A stretch of 61,795 bases of DNA, the filler included, from Collodictyon triciliatum (taxonomy: Eukaryota), in assembly GCA_043381765.1 (NCBI GenBank). It is 9 parts of 9 records of this genome, joined end to end, with 100 filler letters (N's around TTAATTAATTAA, not from the genome) between each part and the next. Parts side by side here need not be neighbours in the genome. Positions count along the whole stretch, not along the records: positions 48,145 to 54,920 come from JBHJMP010004251.1; positions 55,021 to 61,795 come from JBHJMP010004252.1; 7 more parts are not named here. The stretch is one strand, 5' to 3'. The position numbers and the translations under genes are program-made. The notes below the pieces were generated by a model. It made no database searches, was not told where the DNA came from, and saw only the letters and a list, made by a program, of their open reading frames with translations. Positions 50,757-61,795 of this stretch are shown piece after piece; position 1 is the stretch's first letter, and every line of letters begins with the position of its first letter.

Positions 50757-50872
50757 ACCAGAGGCCCTAGTTTCATGTCATTCAAATTAAGAATGTGCAT
50801 TCTTTTCTTGGTGCCTTCGCGCAACCTTTATCCTTTTATTTATTTGATTTAACAATGATATTGCCACTCTAG

Positions 50873-52875
50873 ACTTCCTTCCAAAAACTGGCTCCAATTT
50901 GATTGTCACTGGCGTGGAAGCAGCATTCAAAGCAGCTGGAAAGGAAGTGCCACCACTAAAATACGAATGCAAGAACGATATTCCGTTCTCCCGCGGATTG
51001 GGAAGCAGCTCAGCTGCCATTGTATCTGGAATCGTAGCTGGTAAAGAAGCATACATATCTACTTCTATTCGACCAAAAAACAATTTTACTTTATGTTACT
51101 GTCCTTTCTGCAAGGGTGTAAAAGTGGTCTTTTCTCATCTATGCCTCTAATTGGTTTCCATCTCATCTTGTGCTTCTGCTGATAGTAATAATACTATTTT
51201 ATCATTTTATTTATTTACATTTACAGCCGATAGCAAATATTTTGGGTATCTTGAAAATATCAGTTAACACAATGAGCTCTATATCCTCGTGGTACTTTCC
51301 TTTTCCTTTCCTTTTCTTTCTTTTCTTTCTTTTCTTTTCTTTTGTTTTCTTTTCTTTTCTTTTCTTTTCTTTTCTTTTCTTTTCTTTTCTTTTCTTTTCT
51401 TTTCTTTTCTTTTCTTTTCTTTTCTTTTCTTTTCTTTTCTTTTCTTTTCTTTTCTTTTTATTTAATTATTTTTAATCCAGGCTTAATCCTCGCCGGTCAT
51501 GAACTACCTGTCTCTGGATTGGAAGAGCTACTTCAAATCGCTGCAACAATTGAAGGTCATCCAGACAACGTGGCGCCAGCAATCTGTAAGCCGTTTCATC
51601 CACCACCGACATAAATGTCATCATAGAAAGCCTCGTTGATATGTATTGCAGAGAATGGAAAGTACTCTCGCGCTAACCGCATCTGATCGTATTTAATTTT
51701 TCATGATGTTTTCCCTTCTAGATGGAGGCATTCAAATCGGACTTCACACTGGTGAGCGTTGGTACACAACTCGTATTCGACTGCCTCCTGGACTCCAGAC
51801 GGTGCTTTATATCCCAGACAAAGGATGCGAAACATCTGAGGCTCGAGCTTTGCTTGAAAAGAAAGTTGGCCTCTCATAAATGACACATGATAATAACATG
51901 ATTGATAAATTCATTCTACAATGGTTTATTAGAATTATTTCCTTCTGATGTATTCATTCAAATTCGACATCTCGGTCGTCAGCCATGCTATTGGCTGTGG
52001 TGAATTACTTCATAATCACATCTATTCCTTTACACATATTCATTTCCCCCTTTTGCTGCAAGGTTGACCGTGCTGACGCTGTTTTTAATTTGTCCCGTAT
52101 TGCATTGCTCGTTCATGCTTTCGAATCAAACGATTTATCTGAACTCAAATATGCCACTCAGGACAAACTCCACCAACCACCCAGGTAACAAAAAGCTATT
52201 TTGTTTCACCATCATTCGATTTTAATTAATTTAAGTTGTCCTGACCATCGTGCTTTTTTATTGACTATTTGTAAAGGTGGGTTTGCCATGAACACAATTA
52301 ATATGTTTTTCTTTCTTTGGAGTCATCCACCTTAATTATATATCCCAGATGTGCAATCATCCCTGGCATGATGGAGATTATCAATGCATCCATGGAAAGC
52401 GGGGCCCACGGGGCATTTTTGAGCGGTGCAGGTCCAACCATCTTGGCCATTACAAGTGGAAGAAAAGGTTTGAATACGTCCATATCTACCTCTTTTCTTT
52501 TTTTGAGTTGGCTGGCTCGCAAATTATTGAAAAATGAAATTATTTCTATTATTATTTTATCATCCACCCCACAAAATACGATAAAAATGTATTCCTACTA
52601 ATACGCAGTTCAAAAGATAATTAGTTCTTTCATCGCATTTTATGGTTTGAAAGGAAAAAAAAAGTATATTTTTAAACGAATTGGCATGAAATGCAGGCGA
52701 CATTTATGCACAGCGAAGTGCCGAGCGAAAGGAAAAGGACGTTGCAAAGGCCATGATGGAGGCTGCAAAAACTCACAATGTAGTGGGAAGAGTTGTCGTG
52801 ACGCAACCAACTGACCGCGGGGCTTGGGTTGTATCAGCCAATCCTCCTCTTCCTGTGGATGGAACCGACGAATAA
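50873..52875 (+). CDS. thrB: Homoserine kinase (GHMP family); first exon(s) absent
   Basis: Exons 50873-51040 (NDIPFSRGLGSSSAAIV), 51481-51585 (IEGHPDNVAPAI), ~51722-51864, ~52063-52184 (DAVFNLSR..QDKLHQP), ~52349-52467 (GAFLSGAGPTI) and ~52697-52875. Confidence 0.93.
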
Positions 52876-53838
52876 ATCTAAACTCCATTCCAGTCTACAT
52901 GATTCATCTCGTCTCATCCCAATTTCTCCCATTCCGTTCCTTCTGCTCCAAACTAACCTAACCAGGCAATAAATTTTCTTTTCTTTTTTTCAGATAAAAT
53001 AAGCCAAGAAATAGCTCATTGACTTAATATGTGTAATCTATGATATACATGTGAAATACAGATCATTTAGTAATACAAGAGACTGCAAGGGGTTACAAAA
53101 AAACTACATTTGCAATTCGAAGCGAGGTTAGAGTCCAATTCAACTGTATGCTATGGGATAACAAGCTCGTGCGATAAACAACTCGGTGCAAGGGCGCCTT
53201 CTTCCTCTTTTCTGAAGATGACTTAATATATGACTAGGCGACCAGGAATGTCTGAGGCAAGTGAAAATACACTCGAAATAAAAATGTTCACTCATAAAGA
53301 CTGATGACTTGGGGTGATTTATCAAGCGATGCACACACTCGCCAATAACTGAAATTTATATTACAAGCACGAGAATGCTACTTAGCTGAATATGATCCCT
53401 TTTTTTCTGGGATTGTCCATGCTATTGATTATCTTATGAATCGCAAAACTTGTAAAATAATTGCCGAGTGAGGAGGAATCGTTCAAAACTATGAAATTGG
53501 CAAAAAAATAAAATAAAAAATAAATAAAATAAAATAAACCGCCTTTATTTCTTATACTTGATAATTTTTATATGACAAAAGCGAAAGGCTGTAATCCAAG
53601 TCTGCATAACTTCAAGTCAATCCAGAATAAAACTGGGGTGCTACGTTTCGTTGTGATGCAGTAATGATAAAATATACGGAACACAAAATCACATTCCAAT
53701 ATGAAGAAGAGCTCATAATAGATAAACTCATATTTCTGCTTGGACGTTCTGTTAACTATTCTTTATATATTTATTAGAAACTCCACTATAATATGTCCTT
53801 CAATTCCATAAATTCTGCAAGCAACAATATCGTTCACT

Positions 53839-54645
53839 TTATAATTCTTCTGAGCGCCATTTGTATGCAGCTTCTTCGTAAGCTTTGCGCTCTGTTTGCT
53901 TCTTGAAAAACTCTGCCTCGTAACCGTTGCTTCTGTCAACCCCGTCCCATCGGAACCTAATATACATATTTTAGGTTCATGGATGGCTCCTATGCACAGG
54001 CATTCCATTATTTTAATGTGCCTTATGAGGACGGCGGCAGTCGAATCTAAAAAAATATAATAAAAAATAAATAAATAAAAAAGGATAATCTATTTTGAAC
54101 CAGACCCCGGAGGGATGTTGAATCGGTTGGGAGGATAAGGTCCTTTGTACTTGGGCTTTGCCGAGGAGTTCAGAGCACTTTCTCTCTTCTTGATATCCTG
54201 TCCATTAGAATTCATGGGATGTACATGACAATTAGACAACAAGAAAACGAATGATACATGTGCATGTATTGCTTTTTGGGTTGCGTTTCTGTTGAAATAT
54301 CAGAAAAATTTGTTTGCATAATCCAACAACATTGCATTTTTATGCTGCTGAGAAAAATAATAATCAGTGGTCGGGTAGTTGTGTTGTCACAAAAGTGAGA
54401 TTGCAATATTGATGTAATACTGACATCGACGTATTTTTTCATCGGGTCATCCCATCGAGACTTTTCTTTCAATTGTTCGTTCAACTCCTCATTGTCAGCA
54501 TAAACGGCAAGCGGTTTGAACTTCTCTTCACGTAACCTTTCTTTCATGGCCAATTTTTCCCTTTCTCGCACCGCATCCTGGCCCCACTTAGGCTTTGAGG
54601 CTTCGCCCTCGCCACCAGCAAAACTTGATGTGTCAACTCGTTTCC
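53839..54645 (-). CDS. BUD13: BUD13/CWC26 RES-complex splicing factor, 5' partial
   Basis: Exons read PLAVYADNEELNEQLKEKSRWDDPM, YKGPYPPNRFNIPPG and RWDGVDRSNGYE..YKWRSEEL*. Confidence 0.92.
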
Positions 54646-54823
54646 CTATTAATTGAAAATAATTTTCGATTAAAATAGAGTTTACTCAAAAGAACAGAGC
54701 ACTCATGTTGCGGATTATTGTGGCATATTAAAATTTATTTACCAAATTTAATCATGTGGAAACATACTCTAATTATAGGATATTAGAGTAACGAAGTTCA
54801 AAACATGACGACAATAATAAATA

Positions 54824-54920
<97 letters not shown>

Positions 54921-55020
54921 NNNNNNNNNNNNNNNNNNNNNNNNNNNNNNNNNNNNNNNNNNNNTTAATTAATTAANNNNNNNNNNNNNNNNNNNNNNNN
55001 NNNNNNNNNNNNNNNNNNNN

Positions 55021-55062
<42 letters not shown>

Positions 55063-56061
55063 AAAACATCGCTTTTTTTTCTCTCCTTTTCGCGATGCGA
55101 TATGCTGCAAGAACTGATAAACCCTCCATACCAGCTGCTAATGCAAAGTCCCACAACCCCAACCTGTCACACGAAACCTGCTGGCTAGAAAGTCTCTTCT
55201 CTCGGCTGTATTCTGCCTTCTTTCTGGATCATCTCACACGCCAGATTCAGCCGACTCAGTTCTCCCTTCCTGGTCGGCTATGTGCGCTATATCATACCAT
55301 ATTAATGATACCGCATATTTTGGTTCTTTTTCGAATGCCATCTCATTCGTTGATGATGCATATGTGGAATTACATCCTATTCCACATATGCACAAATTCA
55401 ATGAAATGCACCAAACAAACACCACAAACATATGCAGGCCGGCAAACTGGGAAAATGGCCGCTGCGTCATTAAGCAAGCCAAAATTCGCATTGGCGAGGT
55501 TGGATGGTCGCACGAATCACAATCTCACAGACTAGTCGCAAGCGCTCGAACAGTCGGATAATCGAGCAGCGAGAATCCAAACGTTGTGGGGATTTTTCGC
55601 GTGGACAGGAAAGCGGGGCAGTGTATGCACGCTCCATTTACAAGGGTTCGGTCTCTGATTTGCTCCAGAACGCTAGAGTGACCCAAACTGCAGATTAGCA
55701 AAAACAAAACAAAACAAAACAAAACAAAACAAAACAAAACAAAACAAAACAAAACAAAACAAAACAAAAAGAAGCAAAAAGAACTTTCGTGGGAAATGAA
55801 GAGCTGGCCGATCTTTGGTTGATGCCAGTTCCTTTGTTTGCCTCTTAGGCCAACTCGAGATCCTTACATAACCCTCATGAAGTTTTTGTGAGCGCGTGCC
55901 TTGTCGTTCCTTTTTTTCTTTTTTTTTTCTTCTTTCCTTTTGTTGTCTCTTTGTTGTCAAAGCGACAAGCGAAAGAAATAAAGCGGATTGAGGCAACAAA
56001 CTGCAAAGTTGACATTGTTCTCAAAGTTTTTGAAACATGCTCTTCATAGCGAAAAGACAAC

Positions 56062-58023
56062 ATGAGCCTTCTCCGATCCTTCGCCTCTGCTCGTTTGGCG
56101 CAGAGCTTCGTAGCCTCATACTCCACCAAGCCTTATGTTCTTGTGAACAAGGACACGAAGGTCATCTGCCAAGGAATCACCGGCAAACAGGTCAGCGCCA
56201 CGATTTTCTTCTCAGTCCTCACTTCAAGTTGCCTGCAAAACAAGTTATGTCCCAACAACGCTCTCACGCCTGTCATCATAATTTGAAGAAGCCTCTCAGA
56301 AGTGACCTTGCCCGGCCTCTTGCTCATACCATACTATTTTTTCTCTTTCTCTTTCTCGTATTTCTTTATTTGGCTGTCTCCCACAGGGCCAATTCCACAC
56401 CAAGCAAGCCCTTGAATACGGAACCAAGATGGTCGGAGGTGTTACTCCTGGAAAGGGAGGTCAAGAGACCCTCGGACTTCCGATCTTCAACACCGTCAAA
56501 GATGTCTGTTTGCTGCCAAACGATCATTATATTACTTCTCCCTCATGTCCTTATTTTATCCCCTCTAGCTCCGCCTACACCATTATTTTTTTTTTACACA
56601 GAGGCAGGGCCATAGCTGGGCCTCTTCTCCCCTTTTTTTTTTTTTATTTTATTTTAATGCAATAGAGGAAAAGACATTTGACTGATAACGCTCACTGTTT
56701 GAACGACAAATTCACAGGCAGTCGACGCCACTGGTGCTAATGCCTCGGTTATTTACGTGCCTCCTCCATTCGCTGCTCAGGCCATTCTGGATGCCGTCGC
56801 TGCTGAGGTATTTACTCTCCTGGTTGAAGATAGTCCCACCATCCCACTATTATTTTATTCAGCATCTCATGACAACTCACCATTTTGCAGCTCGACTTGG
56901 TTGTCTGCATCACAGAAGGAATTCCCCAGCACGATATGGTCCGCGTCAAATACGAACTCAGCAAGCAAACCAAGACCCGGTAATTACTGTTTCTCTCTCT
57001 CCCTCTTGCAACCGATATCACCACACTATTTTGCATCACAAAATCTTGGATCAAAGAACTGAAATTGTACTCTAGTCTCATCGGACCCAACTGCCCCGGT
57101 ATCATCAAGCCTGGGGAGTGCAAAATCGGTATCATGCCTGGACACATTCACTCGTCAGGAAAGATCGGTATGATATGCAAAGTAACACAAGTATGAGTAT
57201 AGAAACACAAACTGGGCAGAAGGCAACATCTATTCGCACCCATTCAAGTTTAATCTGCAAACAGGTATTGTCTCCCGTTCGGGAACCCTGACCTACGAAG
57301 CTGTCAACCAGACCACCAATGTTGGTCTTGGTCAGTCCACATGCGTCGGTATCGGAGGTGATCCCTTCAACGGAACCAACTTCATCGACTGTCTCAAGCT
57401 CTTCTACGAAGACCCCCAAACTGAGGGCATCATCATGATTGGTGAGATTGGTGGCCAGGCCGAAGAAGAGGCTGCCGACTTTATCAAGAGCCGAGGAAAC
57501 CCGAAGCCTGTTGTCTCCTTCATTGCCGGCCTTACTGCTCCTCCGGGCCGTCGCATGGGTACCATACTATTCTGTTTGGCCTTGAGGAAATTGGGATATA
57601 TGTTATCCGCTACTTTTCTCCATTTTCTTTTTCAACTACCATCATCCCCACTTTGTCAATCATCGTCAAATATGGATTCTCACACTTCTGCATGATGAAT
57701 ATAGGACATGCTGGTGCCATTATCTCTGGTGGTCGTGGTGGAGCCCAACACAAGATTGCTGCTCTCAAGGATGCTGGTGTAGTTGTCTGCCACAACCCTG
57801 CGAAACTCGGAGAGACCATGCTCCATGTATGTCCTCCGCATCCACACCTCATCTTACTCCAAACCCCACAAACAAGCCTAAAGAAAGATGCGAACATATG
57901 TTAATGTAGTGATCCACTAAATCATAAGCCAGTTGCTTTAATTGTGACAGAGCGTATCCACTAATCACTAGTCTATATTGTTCAACTTCACAGGTCATGC
58001 AAAACGGAGGCAAGCACGCATAA
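56062..58023 (+). CDS. SUCLG1: Succinyl-CoA ligase alpha subunit, mitochondrial, 8 exons
   Basis: Transit-like N-terminus, then [50 protein letters not shown] and PPGRRMG/HAGAI. Confidence 0.97.
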
Positions 58024-58436
58024 ACGTAGTGTCTCTTTTTATTCAAAAGCAAGAACAAAGGAAACTGAACCAATCACGGAATGTCTTGTCTTCGTTAAGT
58101 ATATCATGCGCATCTATGTCGCCTGCTGAAAGAGATATAGACTGATATAAAAAATTTATCTCTAAAAAAACGACCAATTTTATCACTCGAGTTTCCGTGC
58201 CTGGACTGAAAAATGATTCTCCTTTCAACCGCCTCATTTGTTGTGTGATAACATTAATATTCGATTCCAAATACAGACATTATGAAGTGAACCTCCTGTT
58301 GGTACTTCTCTAATTTATCTGAATATTGTTCTTTAATTTATTTTTTTTTCGAACGATTATTTGTCGATCCCCTCCCAGCCTTTCTTGCCGTGTTTTCTTC
58401 TCCTTTATCCCACAATACAAGGTAGACACGAGCTTC

Positions 58437-59052
58437 TCAAGCAATCTCGAATCTAAGGAAGATGGAGCCTCGGAACGGAACCTCCTTCTCGCGGTCGACC
58501 AACTAGTTTGCCCACCAAGCAGTTAAGTGAGGAGCAGCTGGTTGCCAAAGAGAGAAAAGCAGAGCTTATCAAGACACATCCGAGTCAGCCGCACCTGAAA
58601 CCAGCCTTCATCCTTGTCGCAGAGCTTTACCGCCGGAATCCGCAGACTACCAACCAAGTCGTTTTCTGGGGGGCGCCAAAAAGAAGAAAAAAACAGAGAT
58701 GGAGAATACACGTGAATGTACTGATGCAAATGATGGTAAGTAGAAACAACACAGCTCTTGATTTGCCTACCCGAAACAAAGTCCCAGTCGATGACTTGCA
58801 GAAAGATGTCGTCTTGCGATGTCACTCTGTCAAACTGGAACGATTCGTACCTATTGTGATGCAGGGGTGACTCAGTCGTGAATCCGTGTGGATTGGTTCC
58901 GACGCAACTGACGCTACACACCATTTGGGATTCAATGTCTTTTTCTTGATGCTTGTGCGTCTCGTTTCGTCGCCGATGCGAACCACGACAAACGGATCGC
59001 AGTAGCCTATGGAGTATTATTTGCAGCATTCATGGCGATATCCACGACACGA

Positions 59053-59086
<34 letters not shown>

Positions 59087-60720
59087 AAGAATCGGCCATC
59101 GTGTGTGTGCAGAGGCGGGATATCAGTGGGCAACCATCAATGTCCATCGGCGGAAGTCCACGCGCCTCAATCACTAACAGATGCAGCTATGAGTGGGATG
59201 CACGCAGGTGCAGGGAATAGAAGCGAGCGAACTGGCGAGAGAACGACAATAGTAATCATAGTCATAATAATCCGCAGACACGGGTGAATGGTGAGTAGAT
59301 AGATGGATAGATGGATAGATGGATAGATAGATGAATGGCGTTGGGCGTGGTAGTCTTTGCCACACTCACGATGCACAGTGATGGAGCCGAAGCCGGAGTT
59401 TGGGATGGAGCGCCGGGGCGGAATGCGATGGTCCTGCGGATGCGCCGGGCGCGGTTAGCAAAAGAGAGGGGGTTCCTCGTTGGGCAGCGGACAGATGTTT
59501 GCACAAGAAGGTGGGGGAAGAGAGATACATCGGTGCCGACGCGAGGGAGGGACGAGTAGAGCAGCTCCAGCTCTGCGGCCAGGCGCGCTTCTTTGTCGTC
59601 CGTGTCGTGGGCTGCGACGCTTTCGTCGTGGATGACTTGTGCGGGAAACTCGTCTGCTTTCGATGCGCCCTCGGTGGGTGGGTTCTGGGCCGTGGGTTCC
59701 TCCTTGTAGGTCATCTCCAGTCGAATCTCCCCAGTGCGCGTTCCTATCGGGGATTGGGATATTCTGATGCTTTATTTTTGTTTTCATTTGTTTTTTTTTT
59801 TGTTTTGTTTTGATTTGTTGTGTTCTATATTTTGTGTGGGTTACCTCGCAAGCCGATGGCATACCACTTTTCGGTGCTTTGTTTCTCAATCACGATGAAT
59901 GCTTTCCCAAGGACATCGCGTGGCATCTGCTTCGACTTGTCTATCACTGTCACAAATAACTCTCGGCTGTTTGAGTCGAGCTCGCTAATGGTGGGAAGCG
60001 TAGAAGGTGTTGGTTTTTTTATTTTTATGTTTTGAAATTAAATTAAAGACTTTTCAATTGCTTATGAATCAGATATGGAATGTTTCCAGCTATATGATAG
60101 AATACTCCCGCCAAGAAAATATGGTGAGAATAGTTTGTAATGAGGGAAATTATCTTCTTTTTTTTAGAAAAAAAAAAAAAAGACAGGCGTAAAGAATGGT
60201 GAAAATGGAGTTACTCTTTATCTATTATTTTATTATTATTTTGACATATTCATACGTACAATTCGAACTCATCGTTCCACGTGACATTTTTAGGGTCATT
60301 TGCTACTTTAGATTCGTATCTTTGATCACCACATATCAGCGCTATAAAAGGCTGCGACCTTGAGGTAAACAACGAAGTAACGAACTTTGCCTCGTGAACT
60401 ATAAGGATAGATACAATATTAAATAATAATTTACCCAGCGCAATCAAAATTAATCTCTATCGGGGTTGATATCGCCATTAAATGATAAGATCTACCATAT
60501 ATTTTTCATATAATTTAATTATTTTCGTCTTCGATCGAATAAAGGGAAAATAAATCATTACATTATTTTCTTTTTTGATTCAAGTTACATATAACATCAC
60601 ACCTTTAATTTTTACCGTTTCCAAATCTGCTTTTGATAGGAGAATGCCATGCATAGCCTGGGAACTCTCCAACCGAGGGGATATAGGAACTTTCACCTGC
60701 ACATCCCATTTAGAACTTGG
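58437..60720 (-). CDS. Multi-C2-domain protein, 5' partial (further exons probably to ~61670)
   Basis: C2 #1: SQPFIALICGDQRYESK..NVTWNDEFEL..LFVTVIDK..DVLGKAFI..GEIRLEMTY. C2 #2: IEARGLPPMDIDGYCDPFVVVRIG..KTLNPKWYESFQF..VIDWD..NDLVG..GSIFLRFEIA*. Confidence 0.82.
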
Positions 60721-61795
60721 TCACATGTATATATTTTCGCCTCTTATTTTTCTTTACTTCACTTAAGGTATGGTCTTCAGCGTTTCATGTAATATTATGT
60801 ATATAATTTTCTGGATTTGAAAGGGAGAAAAAAAAAAAAACACAAAAATCAGGTTTGACTAGTTTGGGCTCCCGTTTGACCCACAGGCTGCATCTCGATA
60901 TCACCAGTCGGCGAGTGTTGGTCCTGAATGTAAAACGTGGTGGTATTTAACAAATGGCTATCGAATAATATTTTTCTATCTTCAGAAAGAATTGCAATCA
61001 TACACCAAAGCCAGGCAAAATAAGTCCCACAAAATATACACCATTATTCTGAACTTTAACTTTTCAAGTGATATGCATATTAGTATCTCTAACCTGCAAG
61101 TGTTTGTTCATCGCCTCATGGCCTGAAGATGCTCTGGAATGATATATATTGCAAGGGTAAGGGTATATAAAAACTAAAGGAAGGAATGAAGTTTTAAAAG
61201 AAAAGAAAAGAAAGAATGATATCGTTCGTTCTAACCTTAAAGGAAGTATCCAAGGTTTGTAGAAAGTAGGAAAATGATTACAACATCGGAAGAAAACAAA
61301 GACCAAGCACCGCACAGATTATTCCAGTACAATCCTGAAAGTGCTTCACGACAAAATCCACAACATACTAATGAAAGAGTCAAACAAACATTATCCATAA
61401 GGTAGATACTTACACTCCTGAGATGTATCCCACCTGCTAATATTATTGATTGCATGTTTAGAATACCATGAATAGCAAAGATTCGGATAAATGCAGCAAA
61501 ACGTTTGCATAAAAACAAGTTTTTGATTAAAGTAGACGATTAGTTGGCCAAACAGGTGTATAAGGTTGTCGTTTTATAGGAAAACCTCACAGTCGTTAGC
61601 TTTGCTCTTTCACTGCTTGGCCTTTGTACCAAAGATGAGCGCACTTGTAGTCCAAATCCTTCGATAGATATCACTTAAATTTCCTCCCAGAGTTGAAAAG
61701 AAAAAGAAAAAAGAAAAAAGAAAAAAGAAAAAAGAAAAAAGAAAAAAGAAAAAAGAAAAAAGAAAAAAGAAAAAAGAAAAAAGAAAAAAGAAAAA

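Larger units (their letters stand above)
48145..50760. mobile_element. Endogenous Polinton-like virus / virophage-type element fragment (left part lost at contig edge)
   Basis: Four tightly packed intronless ORFs (capsid-like, small TM, Cys-rich, NUMOD4-HNH) plus hairpins, in a genome that is otherwise intron-dense. Confidence 0.82.

Noticed and set aside
55095-55880. Possible spliced minus-strand gene divergent from SUCLG1
   Set aside because: Exon-like segments exist, but I could not build a consistent frame or recognise a family.

Overview
This is eukaryotic (protist-like) draft genomic DNA using the standard code, with GT-AG introns. It is not one locus: nine unrelated pieces of 6761-6782 bp are joined by artificial 100-nt linkers (44 N + TTAATTAATTAA + 44 N). 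Host genes: a DH-PH RhoGEF, MGST3-like MAPEG, CCDC93 (3' end), SPCS3 (5' end), a RING-B-box-NHL (TRIM-NHL) protein, a kinesin-13 tail, a GATA factor, a CSE1/exportin-2-like protein, an axonemal dynein light-chain-domain protein, homoserine kinase, BUD13, succinyl-CoA ligase alpha and a multi-C2 protein. Two things stand out. (1) An intronless endogenous Polinton-like virus (PLV) fragment at 48145-~50760 carries a capsid C-terminal half, an unannotated 51-aa membrane ORF, a 251-bp palindrome, a Cys-rich ORF, a NUMOD4-HNH ORF and a perfect hairpin. It abuts an internal exon of homoserine kinase and so apparently sits in an intron. (2) A NACHT-pentapeptide-WD40 NLR-like gene has a probable unannotated first exon encoding a ubiquitin-like RLRGG site followed directly by a cryptic G-x-x-x-S myristoylation motif. 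All family calls come from motif recognition by eye; no searches were run.
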